A stretch of 64,000 nucleotides of DNA from Heptranchias perlo (taxonomy: Eukaryota): positions 48,050,001 to 48,114,000 of the forward strand of contig NC_090326.1 of the NCBI RefSeq assembly GCF_035084215.1, given 5' to 3'. Position 1 is the first letter of the stretch; the number at the start of each line of letters is the position of its first letter. The notes under the pieces are model-generated. The model did not search any database and was not told the DNA's origin. It worked only from the letters and a program-made list of their open reading frames with translations. Positions 24,654 through 37,261 of this stretch are shown piece after piece. Both the position numbers and the translations under genes were made by a program.

Positions 24654-27600
24654 CAACGGGCACGGAGTGAGACAGCGGAGAGTTGAGAGTGTGGGAGTTT
24701 AAGGGTCTATCAACTGAAAGTTCAATTTTAAAGTTGAAATTTTTAAGTTTCTGTCAGGCTTCAGCAGAGAGCACTGCTGTAGTTAGTTAATTGGTTAGCT
24801 AGATTAAACTGGTTCCTGAAAGAGGAGCAGGCCTGACTCATCGGAGTCACAGACAGTAGAAATACAGGGGCCTGTTAGTGCAACGGGCACACAGTGAGAC
24901 AGCTGAGAGTTTGGCGAGTGTGGGAGTTCAATGAAGTGGGGGAAGGAGGTGCTGCTTTGCCTTGCTTTTCCTAACTTTTTCCACAGAGCGGCAGCAGACC
25001 TGAGCAGCAGAAGACGGAGAGTGGGGAATAAAAGCAGCAGCAGACCTGCAACAAGAGAAAACTACTGTGTGACATCACAGATGAGGCAGGAGAGTCCGAA
25101 AGGCGAGCACAGTATAAAAGGAGAGTCCGAGAGCAGGAGGAGAATCTGAGAAGTGAACGCAGCGTAATTCTAAGACAAGTCATGGCAGCACAGCTCGCAC
25201 CCGTGATATGCTCCTCCTGCACTACGTGGGAAGTCATGGACACTACCAGTGTCCCCGACGACACTGTGAGCAGGAAGTGTGTCCAGCTGCTGGCTAACCG
25301 TATTTTGGAGCTGGAGCTGCGGGTAGATTCACTGTGGAACATGCTGAGACTATCGTGGATAGCACGTTCAGTGAGGTGGTCACAACGCAGATAAAGATTA
25401 CGCAGGCAGAAAATGACCGCCAGGCAGAGCAAAAGCACGAGGCAGGTAGAGCAGGAGTCCCCTGCGGCCATCTCCCACTCAAACAGATATACCGCTTTGG
25501 ATACTGTTGGGGGAGATGGCTTATCAGGGGAAAGCAGCAAGAGCCAAGTTCGTGGCACCACAGGTGGCTCTGCTGCTCAGGAAGGAAGGAAGGAAGAAGA
25601 GTGGCAGGGCTATAGTGATAGGGGATTCAATTGTAAGGGGAACAGATAGGCGTTTCTGCGGCCGTAAACATGACTCCGGGATGGTATGTTGCCTCCCTGG
25701 TGCTAGGGTCAAGGATGTCACAGAGCGGCTGCAGGACATTCTGGAGGGGGAGGATGAGTAGTCATGGTCCATATCAGTACCAACGACATAGGTAAAAAAA
25801 GGGATGAGGTCCTGTAAGGTGAATTTAAGGAGTTAGGAGATAAATTAAAAAGCAGGACTTCAAAGTAGTGATCTCAGGATTATTAACAGTGCCACGTGCT
25901 AGTGAGTATAGGAACAGGAGAATAGACCGGATGAATGCGTGGCTGCAGGGATGATGTCGGAGGGAGGGATTTAGATTCCTGGGACATTGGGACCGGTTCT
26001 CGGGAAGGTGAGACCTGTACAAGCAGGACGGGTTACACCAGAGCAGGACCGGGACTAATGTCCTCGCGGGGGTGTTTGCTAGTGCTGTTGGGGAAGGTTT
26101 AAACTAGAGTGGCAGGGGGATGGGAACCTGACAGGGAGTCAGGAGGGAGTAAAGTTGAGAGCAGCAAGAGGGGAAGTCACAGGGGAAATTTACAATACAA
26201 ATAGTACAAACAGTTGTTCAAGAACAAGTGAAAGGGAAAAGCGTAGAGCAGCAGAAAGAAAAAGTGTACTTTAGGCACGACAGATAAAGTGAAAACTAGA
26301 AGGCGTAATGCAATTAACCCAGCATCAAAGCTGAAGGTCAGGCTAGGATGTATGACCCAACTATGGGTTCTATATACAAATGTACGGAGTATAAGGAATA
26401 AATTAAATGAACTACAGGTTCAAATTCAAATGGGAGGGTATGACATGATAGCTATTACTGAGACATGGCTGCAGGATGGTCAGGATTGGGAACTAAATAT
26501 ACCGGGTTATAAGGTCTACAGGAGAGATAGGGAAAATGGAAGAGGGGGAGGAGTAGCATTAATGATTAGAGATGAAATCACTTCCATGATAAAGGAGGAT
26601 ATAACGAGAGGTAAGCAGCCAACAGAGACCTTATGGGTTGAATTGAGAAATAGGAAAGGATCTAAGACTATAGTGGGAGTTGTGTATCGGAGCCCTGGCA
26701 GCAGCTCTGAAGTGCTAGATTGTATAAATGCAGAGATTAGACAAGCATGTAACAAAGGCATAGTGGTCTTAATGGGGGACTTGAACCTTCACATAGATTG
26801 GGAAAAGCAGACTAGCAACTGTCAGAAAGGCAGTGAATTTCTTGAGTGTGTCTGGGATAGTTTTCTACAGCAGTATGTCCTAGAGGCAACAAGGGGGCAA
26901 GCCATACTAGATTTAGTAATGAGTAACGAACCAGATTTAGTTAACAGCTTAACTGTGCGTGAACATCTATCCAATAGCGATCATAACATGATCGAATTCA
27001 ATGTAGTGTTTGAAAGGGAAAAAAGTGAATCAGCTGCTAAGATTCTAGACTTGGGTACGGCAGACTTCAAGGGGATGAGACAGAAACTGTCCACAGTAAA
27101 CTGGGCAAAACGACTGATGATCAGTGGGAAATGTTTAAAGAAACATTTAACATGATACAGAATCGGTTTATACCCGAGGGGCAAGAACTCTACTTGCCAA
27201 AAAAAACCAGCCATGGACAACTAAAGAGGTAAGGGACAGTATAAGACATAAGGAAAGGGCATACAAAGGCAAAAAATGGCACAGATCCTGGCGAATGGGA
27301 AAGATACAAAGATCAACAAAGGGTCACAAAACAGATAGTAAGAGCTACAAAAAGAGAGTATGAAGCTTGCAAGGGATATCAAAACCAATACGAAGAACTT
27401 TTATAGTTATATTAGGAAAAAGAGGGTGGTCAGGAACAGTGTTGGCCCCTTAAAAACTGAAAGTGGGGATATTGTCATTGACAATGGGGAAATGGCTGAC
27501 ATGTTGAACAATTACTTAGCATCAGTATTTACAGTAGAAAAAGAGGATAGCATGCCGGAAATCCCAAGAAAACTAATATTGAATCAGGGACGGGGACTCG

Positions 27601-30600
27601 ATAAAATGAACCTAAGTAAAGCAACAGTAATGAAGAAAATAATAGCACTGAAAAGAGTGACAAATCCCCAGGACCAGATGGCTTCCATCCCAGGGTTTGA
27701 AAAGGAAGTAGGTGAGCACATTGCAGATGCCCTAACTATAATCTTTCAAAATTCTCTAGATTGGAAAATTGCACGTCACTCCGCTTTTTAAGAAAGGAGA
27801 GGAAAACCAGGGAATTATAGACCAGTTAGCCTAACATCTGTTGTGGGGAAAATGCTGGAGTCTATAATTAAGGATAGGGTGACTGAACACCGAGAATTTT
27901 CAGTTAATCAGAGAGAACCAGCATGGATTTGTGAAAGGTAGGTCGTGCCTGACAAACCTGATTGAATTTTTTGAAGAGGTGACTGAAGTAGTGGACAGGG
28001 GAATGTCAATGGATGTTATTTATATGGACTAACAGAAGGCATTTGATAAAGTCCCACATAAGAGACTATGAGCTAAGATAGAAGCCCATGGAATAGAGGG
28101 GAAAGTATGGACTTGGTTAGGATGTTGGCTCAGCGGAAGGCGACAGAGTAGGGATAATGGGTAGGTACTCACATTGGCAGGATGTGACGAGTGGAGTCCC
28201 GCAGGGATCTGTCTTGGGGCCTCAATTATTCACAATATTTATTAACGACTTAGATGAAGGCATAGAAAGTCTCAAATCGAAGTTTGCCGATGACACAAAG
28301 ATTGATGGCATTGTAAGCAGTGTAGATGAAAACATAAAATTACAAAGCGATATTGATAGATTAGGTGAATGGGCAAAACTGTGGGAAACTGTCCCAGCTG
28401 TAGTGCTGAAGACTTGTGCTCCAGAACTAGCTGCACCTCTAGCCAAGCTGTTCCAGTACAGCTCCAACACTGGCACCTACCAGACAATGTGGAAAATTGC
28501 CCAGGTATGTCCTGTACACAAAAAGCAGGACAGATCCAATCCGGCCAATTACCGCCCCATCAGTCTACTCTCAATCATCAGCAAAGTGATGGAAGGTGTC
28601 GTCGACAGTGCTATCAAGCGGCACATACTCACCAATAACCTGCTCACCGATGCTCAGTTTGGGTTCCACCAGGACCACTCGGCTCCAGACCTCATTACAG
28701 CCTTCTTCCAAACATGGACAACAGAGCTGAATTCCAGAGGTGAGGCGAGAGTGACTGCCCTTGACATTAAGCCAGCATTTGACCGAGTGTGGCACCAAGG
28801 AGCCCTAGTAAAATTGAAGTCAATGGGAATCAGGGGTAAAACTCTCCAGTGGCTGGAGTCATACCTAGCACAAAGGAAGATGGTAGTGGTTGTTGGAGGC
28901 CAATCATCTCAGCCCCAGGGCATTGCTGCAGGTGTTCCTCAAAGCAGTGGTCTAGGCCCAACCATCTTCAGCTGCTTCATCAACGATCTTCCCTCCATCA
29001 TAAGGTCAGAAAAGGTGGATGTTCGCAGATGATTGCACCAGGGTTCAATTCCATTCGCAACCCCTCAAATAATGAAGCAGTCCGAGCCCGCATGCAGCAA
29101 GACCTGGACAACATCCAGGCTTCGGCTCATATGTGGCAAGTAACATTCATGCCAGACAAGTGCCAGGCAATGACCATCTCCAACAAGAGAGAGTCTAACT
29201 ACCTCCCCTTGACATTCAACAGCATTACCATCGCCAAATACCCAATCATCAACATCCTGGGGGTCACCATTGACCAGAAACTTAACTGGACCAGTCATAT
29301 AAATACTGGGGGTACAAGAGCAGGTCAGAGGCTGGGTATTCTGCGGCGAGTGACTCACCTCCTGACTCCCCAAAGCCTTTCCACCATCTACAAGGCACAA
29401 GTCAGGAGTGTAATGGAATACTCTCCACTTGCTTGGATGAGTGCAGCTCCAACAACACTCAAGAAGCTCGACACCATCCAGGACAAAGCAACCAGCTTGA
29501 TTGGCACCCCATCCACCACCCTAAACATTCACTCCCTTCACCACCGGCGCACTGTGGCTGCAGTGTGTACCATCCACAGGATGCACTGCAGCAACTTGCC
29601 AAGGCTTCTTCGACAGCCCCTCCCAAACCCGCAACCTCTACCACCTAGAAGGACAAGAGCAGCAGGCACATGGGAATAACACCACCTGCACGTTCCCCTC
29701 CAAGTCACACACCATCCTGATTTGGAAATATATTGCCGTTCCTTCATCGTCGCTGGGTCAAAATCCTGGAACTCCCTACCTAACAGCACTGTGGGAGAAC
29801 GGTCACCACACGGACTGCAGAGGTTCAAGGCGGCGGCTCACCACCACCTTCTCAAGGGCAATTAGGGATGGGCAATAAATGCCGGCCTCGCCAGTGACGC
29901 CCACATCCCATGAACGAATAAGAAAAAATGGAATTCAATGTAGACAAATGTGAGGTCATCCACTTTGGATCAAAAAAGGATAGAACAGGGTACTTTCTAA
30001 ATGGTAAAAAGTTAAAAACAGTGGATGTCCAAAGGGACCTAGGGGTTCAGGCACATAGATCATTGAAGTGTCATGAACAGGTGCAGAAAATAATCAACAC
30101 GGCTAATGGAATGCTGGCCTTTACATCTAGAGGACTAGGGTACAAGGGGGCAGAAGTTATGCTGCAGCTATACAAAACCCTGGTTAGACTGCACCTGGAG
30201 TAATGTGAGCAGTTCTGGGCACCGCACCTTCGGAAGGACATACTGGCCTTGGAGGGAGTGCAGCGTAGGTTTATTAGAATGATACCCGGACATCAAGGGT
30301 TAAGTTACAAGGAGAGATTACACAAATTGGGGTTGTATTCTCTCGAGTTTAGAAGGTTAAGGGGTGATCTGATCGAAGTTTATAAAATATTAAGGGGAAC
30401 GGATAGGGTGGATAGAGAGAAACTATTTCCGCTGGTTGGGCATTCTAGGAGTAGGGGGCAGAGTCTAAAAATTAGAGCCGGACCTTTCAGGAGTGAGATT
30501 AGAAAACATTTCTACACACAAAGGGTGGTAGAAGTTTGGAACACTCTTCCGCAAACGGCAATTGATACTAGCTCAATTGCTAAATTTAAATCTGCGATAG

Positions 30601-30743
30601 ATAGCTTTTTGGCAACCAAAGGTATTAAGGGATATGGGCCAAAGGCAGGTATACGGAGTTAGATCACAGATCAGCCATGATCTTCTCAAATGGCGGAGCA
30701 GGCACGAGGGGCTGAATGGCCTACTCCTGTTCCTATGTTCCTA
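24654..30743 (+). mobile_element. Full-length, frameshifted CR1 LINE: 5'UTR, ORF1 (Cys-rich N-terminus + SGNH esterase), ORF2 (APE endonuclease + RT), 3'UTR
   Basis: CSSC..W at 25182, VIGDSIVRG at 25507-25761, TNVRSIRNK/ITETWL/SDH at 26289-27155, KFADD, and a (GTTCCTAT)n tail. Confidence 0.95.
28386..29928 (+). mobile_element. LINE-B copy inserted into the RT of the full-length CR1
   Basis: NYRPISLLS and DIKPAFD motifs. The host reads GEWAKLW before and MEFNVDK after the insert. Confidence 0.93.
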
Positions 30744-33700
30744 CCCCACCTCCTTTCCCTTTTTGCCTGTCCTTCCTAAATATTGAATAGCCCTGGTTGT
30801 TCAGTTCCCATCCTTGGTCACCCTGCAGCCATGTCTCCGTAATCACAACTATATCATACCCGTTAATATCGATCCGCGCTGTTAATTCATCTACCTTATT
30901 GCGAATGCTCCGTGCATTAAGACACAATGCCTTTAGATTTGTCTTTTTAAGATTGCTAGTCATCTTAGTATTATTTTGCACTATGGCCCTATTTGTTTTT
31001 GGCCCTTGTTTTCTCTGCCTTCCACTATTGTTTCTTTCCTTTGTCTGTTGTTTCCCCCTCCTCTGTCTCCCTGCTCAGGTTCCCATCCCCCTGCCATTCT
31101 AGTTTAAACCTTCCCCAACAGGACTAGCAAACATCCCCGCGAGGGCATTGGTCCCGGTCCTGCTCGGGTATAACCCGTCCCACTTGTACAGGTCCCACCT
31201 TCCCCAGAACCGGTCCCAATGTCCCAGGAATCTCAATCCCTCCCTCCTACACCATCCCTGCAGCCATGCATTTATCTGGTCTCGTCTCCTGTTCCTATAC
31301 TCACTAGCACATGGCACTGGTAGTAATCCTGAGATCACTTCCTTTGAGGTCCTGCTTTTTAAATTTATCTCCTAACTCCTTAAATTCACCTTGCAGGACC
31401 TCATCCCTTTTTTTTAAAAAAACCTATGTCGTTGGTACCGATATGGACCACGACTACTGGCTGTTCACCCTCCCCCTCCAGAATGCCCTGCAGCCGCTCC
31501 GTGACATCCTTGACCCTAGCAACAGGGAAGCAACATACCATCCTGGAGTCCCTAGGAGCTTGGGTTATGCATCGAGTAGAGCCTTAATCACGGAATGTAT
31601 GCCTATACAGTGCATTGGTTCAGCTGTATCTGGAGTAATATGTGCAGTTCTGGTTGCCATATTACAGCAAGGACATGGCGGCATGGAAAAGGTGCAGCAA
31701 AAGGCTTCCAGTCTAATTAATTCTTGGCATCAGGCAGCTGAACTACAAAGACTGTCTACAGAAGCTGAATTTGTTTACATTAGAGAATACAGAGATGGGA
31801 TCTTAAGGTATTCAAGATCCTTAACAGCAATGACAATGTGAACCCTGAAACCATTTACCATATCCCCCCCCCATCTCCCTCCCCGAGAATAGCAACAAGG
31901 GGGAAGGAGATGAAGCTCGGAAGGGTGAATCGACAGATCAGATATAACTATTTCACACAAATCAGCACTTAATATTTGGAATGGACATCCCAGGACAGCA
32001 ATCAAGGCCAGCAACATCAGTTACTTCAAGAGGATGTTGGACAGGCATTTTGCAAGAAAATCAATTGAGAGCTACAGATGGTGAATTCTGCATGCTGCTT
32101 TTGTACTCTGGGGCCAGCCAGATAAGACTGAAATGGGTCTTCTTCAGTCCTGTACATTCCTATGTTTATACTTTTAACTCATCTTTCGATGACTATGCAT
32201 TTTGTGAATCAGGCGTTACTACATTTGACCCATTTTCAATTGGTCCTATGTAATAGGAGTTTTATTATGGCCAATAGTTCGTCCAGCAAGTTGGTTGAGT
32301 AGCATTTAAAGATTCATGCCCTTCAGTCCAGTATAACAAACACCAGAGCATTAGTTTATAACCATTACAACAGTGAAAGCCAGTAAGCAGAGAAATTGTG
32401 TTCTTCTATAGAATACAGTCTTACCATACAATAACCATTAGGCACAGCCCAAAAGACAGTTAAAAGTGTGATTATTTCTCCCCCCCACCCCCTCAGTTTT
32501 TCCATTGCGCGTCTTTGGATGCTTTCAGACAGCCAACAGTTAATAAAATACAAAAGAAACCATTTGCATCTGAAATGTAAATAGTGAAAACAGCTTTAAT
32601 CCTTTCCCTCCTAAAAAGGAGCTTATTTTCTCTCTTCTGATGTTACATTAAAAGGGCTGCCATTCTCACCATTTCTTGCTAAATTAGGGAAGGCTGTCAC
32701 ACAGCTCAGTATGAAGTAGTAGTTTGCAAGCGCACCATAGCACAGCTCACATTTTCCACTTGAGAGCACAGCAATCTATTTGTAGTTACCTTTTATTGGT
32801 TTGCTCAATGTTATTTTGGCTGCGTACTAGACGTTGGAGAGATTCCTTACTAATATCTTGGCAATAGCTCCACGCGGACTGTAGAGTTCAATAAGGATGG
32901 TGTAATTTGGTCATAGCTCCAATTGGGCTGACAAATCTAAGCAGTCCTCAAATGGATAGTTAATTGAAATATTTATTTATTCTCCTTCTTTGGAGAGGCC
33001 CGAGGAGTCCACGATAGATCAACATTCCAGAGGCTGGAATGCTACTTTTATCTAAGAAAGTAGTCCCATAGCAAGAGAATTTTCTCTTGGGCAAAGAACC
33101 ATGCAACTCAACCAGCCCTGAAAGGAAGCTAAAAGTCACTGTAGGAACTGTTTCGTACCAAATATGGGGCAGCTGATGAGGGAAACAAAGAGGGGGAAAA
33201 TGGCTACCGTCATTCATTTTAACTCAAACCGCTGAAAAGTAACAAGTAAAATTCTAAACTCAAGGGAAGTAGTGCTGCTGAAAATGAAGTGCTGGAAAAG
33301 TTGATGCCAACAGTCAACATGAACTACAAGGAAAACAGAACAGAAATTAGATCAGTATGCAAGACCAGAAAGATAAGGCTAAAGATAGAAAAGAAATGGC
33401 AGATAAGAGTAAAAAAGCAATGCAAAAAGTAGATAAAAGGAAAAAAATAGAAATACAATTCCAAAAAAAGGTAACACAGTAAACCATTAAATGAAGAACC
33501 CCCAACTTAGTTACGAGCCTGAAGAGATTTAGCTGTGCAAAGCAAGTTAGTTGGGTCAAAAACTAACTAGTATAACAAAAATTAGGCCAAGAGGACAATC
33601 AGTAATAGTGAGATGTCACCAAACGTCAAAATTAGTCAGATGTTGGATTTAAAGAGATTTTTCTTAACCTGCTGGCAACATGAGCAAGTGCATCAGCTCA

Positions 33701-34910
33701 GATGAGTCTCTCCAAATTAAATTTCCAAGACCAATTGTCCGTAAGGTACAGCTCACACCAATAACTCAGTTCTTACCTTAACAAAAGTGAAGAGCTATAG
33801 ATTCCCCCCTCCCATATTCCAGTTCAGCAACTAGCTTGAAACAGTACAGGTTAGTAATTTAATTCCCTACAGCATGGAAATGATAAAGTACAGAACAGGA
33901 AACGTTCATTCAAAAGCATGGAACAAACTAAAAGAAGATAGGAACAGTGTAAATTTATTCTGAATAGTATGAAACATAAATTGAATCAGCCAAGCAGACA
34001 AACCGTACATGGCAGTGGATGTGGAAAAAAAGATTTTCAAAATGAAGTTTGACGAGAGGACTGGTGGGAAACAACAGGGCAAAATAATACAGCATTTCTC
34101 AAGGTGGGAGGTGGGGGATTTGAAAAATAAAGTTTGCCATTCATGCCAGCAGGGAGAAGAGCAGGCAGTATGAGAGTAGAAGACTCTTACTTTAAAAACG
34201 CAATGCACTGTAGTTATGTATAAAAAGATATTTATGTATGTTAAGAGATTGATTATATCACCAAGAGTTGCACTTGCAGGTCCTTAACTTACATTTGAAG
34301 GATGAAATGTTTTATGACAATATAATAATTTCTTGGACTTGTTCACAACAGAAAGAACTCAAAATCTGCCTCTTTAAAAGAACAGATTGTGCTGCAGGCA
34401 CAATCTTAGAAACCTACACCGTAGAATTCAAACATATCGAACTAGTGTAAACAGTAATTCACAAACAAAGTTTACCTTCGGTGGGGGGTGGGGGGAGGAG
34501 AGGAGGAGAAGAGGGGAAGAGGAGGGGAAAGAGAGGAGGTGTTGAGGGAGAGGGGCAGTAAACAGAGAAAATGATTGCTAAAAACAGGCAAATACATTTC
34601 TGAAATACCACAATAATCTCACTTGCATTGCCTCCTTAATTTTAGCTGCACCTTTCCTGGTAGTACCATATTTTAAAATCAGAAAGGGTTCACTTCCACC
34701 AGCCTGAATTAAGTTTTGTTTTCAATGATTACGTGCTGTTCTGGAGTCGCCATTTAAATTGAATAACCCTGGACTTAGGTAGACATGCACAGCCAGGTGA
34801 AAACAGCAGTAAGTATAAACTATAACAGAGGGGAGATCAGTACAAGATGAGGCCAAATCAGCTCTGTAGTTCCACTAGTTCTTTCATTCCTGTGCCTAAT
34901 AGTTAGTTAC

Positions 34911-35023
34911 CTTACGATTGACTCCAAATCTGAGTGCCGCCTGTCTTCTCTTGTCTGCGAGACATGACTTAGTGCCCATAATGCAGTCTTGCCAGAAGCA
35001 TCAATAGAAAGATCCTTAGGAAG
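34911..35023 (-). CDS. ZCCHC2: ZCCHC2 exon (probable 5): LPKDLSIDASGKTALWALSHVSQTREDRRHSDLESIV(R)
   Basis: gtacag acceptor, GTAACT donor, 113 nt, phase 0/2. Resembles human LPKELSSETFDKTILRAL..REERRHPDLEPILR. Confidence 0.92.
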
Positions 35024-36290
35024 CTGTACGAAACACAGTAGAATAGCGGTTTAGAATCACGCAATAATCAAGGGAGAGGACTTGTCATGCACGATTTCAA
35101 CCCAACACAACTCAAAAACATAAGATTCTTAACTAGGGAATGGTGACATTTATGTTAACTGGTAGTTTCCATTACAAGCCCAAAGTCTGCTTGGTTTCTA
35201 ATATGCACAACCAGATTTACCAGTTAAGAACTGCTTGAATTTATAAGCATTATTCAGTACCCATTTTTCTTCCCCAATATACAATCTGCAATATAATTTC
35301 ACAATCCTTCAGGGGCCAAGTCCAGGAAGAATCAAACCAGCTCAACAGGGAACGTCATCAAACTTAGACACTTAACCAATACAGTTTCTTTTTGGCAGGG
35401 GTGATCAGGCCAAAAAAGCCTTTTATGGTTTGATTCTGAAGGTCGTGTCTTTGTGGACAAGCTGCTTTTTTCACATGGCAGAGAAAAATGCTTTACCAAA
35501 GAATAAACAGTGGCAAGTAAGATTCATCTTGGAAGATAGACTTCTGCTAGAAACAGCCAGAATAGTTTGAACAGAATTTAAATTGCTATGAACCACAAAA
35601 AAAAAATCCTTCTCTCATCCTATACCAATTTTGGAAAAAGCACTCCCTCCTACAATACCATTGTAATATTTGTATTTTCCATATTAGTCATCCTTTTAGC
35701 AACCTGTCAATCTCTGCTATAAACTGGTTGCTACAGGAAGGTATGTTAAACACGTAGGTCTTCCTGGCATCGTGATCCTCACGTGTACAATGCATAGTAC
35801 TTTTTATTAAAATTGCAGTTGCAGGATACTTTGAATCCCTTCTCAGACTTTATCTGGAGCATTTTGGTTGACAAAAGAACCCCATTTGCATCATTAAAAA
35901 ACTGAGAAATATGTCAAATTGCTTGTATCAGAGAGAGGGAGAAAAATAAAAGAAAGAGACACACAGACAAAAACAAACAATGAGAAAGAACAGAAAGACA
36001 ACTGCAAGTGGGACTGAAAACAGTTGGCAGGACATGCTGTTTGTCGCTTGGAGACAGGTAGGAAAAAAAAATTATCCTACTAGGGTGAATGATCTCTCTC
36101 GTACATCCTCCAGTAGTGATATGAAAGAGAGAGAGCACGAGGCCCAGGCCCACTTGATCAAGTGAGTTTGCTATGCCAAGCTAAGTCAGATATTATGTAA
36201 TGAATAATTTTCTGAACCTTGTTCAAGACATCAAACATAACCAGCAGAGTGCCCTTTGAATAATTATAGTGTTTCTCTACTTCCCGTGAT

Positions 36291-36530
36291 GGTGTTGTAA
36301 AATTGTTTACAATTTAAGTTATAGTCCAACAATTTTATTTGAAATTCACAAGCTTTCGGAGGCTTCCTCCTTCCTCAGGTGAATGTTGTGGAATTTCCAC
36401 AACATTCACCTGAGGAAGGAGGAAGCCTCCGAAAGCTTGTGAATTTCAAATAAAATTGTTGGACTATAACTTGGTATTATAAAATTGTTTACAATTGTCA
36501 ACCCCAGTCCATCACCGGCATCTCCACATC
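36291..36530. mobile_element. Penelope-like inverted terminal-repeat structure; perfect 157-bp palindrome at 36316-36472
   Basis: 78-bp perfect arms around a 1-nt centre, a hammerhead core, a PLE-type 3' tail, and a candidate TSD tcccgtgat/tcctgtgat. Confidence 0.85.
36404..36444 (+). ncRNA. Minimal type-I hammerhead ribozyme motif (mirror copy on the - strand at 36344-36384)
   Basis: attcac-CTGAGGA-a-GGAGG aag CCTCC-GAAA-gc-TT-gtgaat: 6-bp stem I, 5-bp stem II, vestigial palindromic stem III. Confidence 0.75.
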
Positions 36531-37009
36531 CTGTGATAAACAGTGAGGACTACATTCTAAAATCTATTTAGCTCATTTTTAATTACAATATAAAAGGTGG
36601 ATTGCTGACAACAAAAGTTTTGTACAATGAACCTAATTTTTTTTTTTAAATACACTACTAGCATCAAATGTAGTGAAATCTAACCAGTTATGGGGAGGAT
36701 AAAAAGTAAACCTCCTATTAGTATAGTATAAAACCACTTTAACTAGGAATTCAGGGTGGCACGCAAGGACTATCAATTAAGCGAGGCTATTCAGTGAACC
36801 AATGCCTGAATCATTGACCTGTTACATCTCAGACTCTCAGATCTGGGCATCTGCCACCATTAGAATGAATACAGAGTTAGGATCTGGCCAAGATCCAGTT
36901 TCTTCCACCTCCAAAAAAGGAAGGATCCCACACTCCAAAGCATGGCAAACAACCGAATGGCACAAGACTCTTCTAAGCATCAATGAATATTAGTTCTGCT
37001 TTGGCTCCA

Positions 37010-37160
37010 ACTATAAGAGCACAAGCTTCTCGTTACTATGCTTAGTTGAGAATTTGTGTCTCTTCCAGAGATGAGGACTAATATATAGTCTTCCTTTTAA
37101 TTGTAAAGAGCTGTTTGGGGAGTAAGTTGAAGAACTGGAGAACTGTGAGCAGGAACTTAT
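37010..37160 (+). mobile_element. Fossil DIRS-like ORF1 (gag) fragment
   Basis: Homologous in inverted orientation to ~40525-40675; peptide LPEMRTNI..PFNCKELFGE. Confidence 0.6.
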
Positions 37161-37261
37161 GAAAATTGAGAATAAACCATAATCCTTGAAAGGTGGCGAG
37201 ATTCGATCCACTGGCACAGCTGTTTAGGCAGACATGAGAAACTTTTGACAATCCAATTGGG

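Larger units (their letters stand above)
21990..31548 (-). mobile_element. CR1 LINE (ORF1 3' half, EN, RT, 3'UTR) split into 21990-24658 and 30741-31548
   Basis: EN motif GGGV|ALLVK rejoins exactly across the insert. CLNARSIRNK and ITETWL at 30733-30981; RT at 22677-23318. Confidence 0.93.
16540..32170 (+). mobile_element. Ancient, heavily decayed CR1 (ORF1 end, EN, RT, 3'UTR) hosting a nested cluster
   Basis: Collinear pieces at 16540-17060, 18245-18375, ~20280-21990 (NLLEFIEEV..VDIVYLEFRKA) and 31549-32170 (..VQFWLPYY..). Confidence 0.75.
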
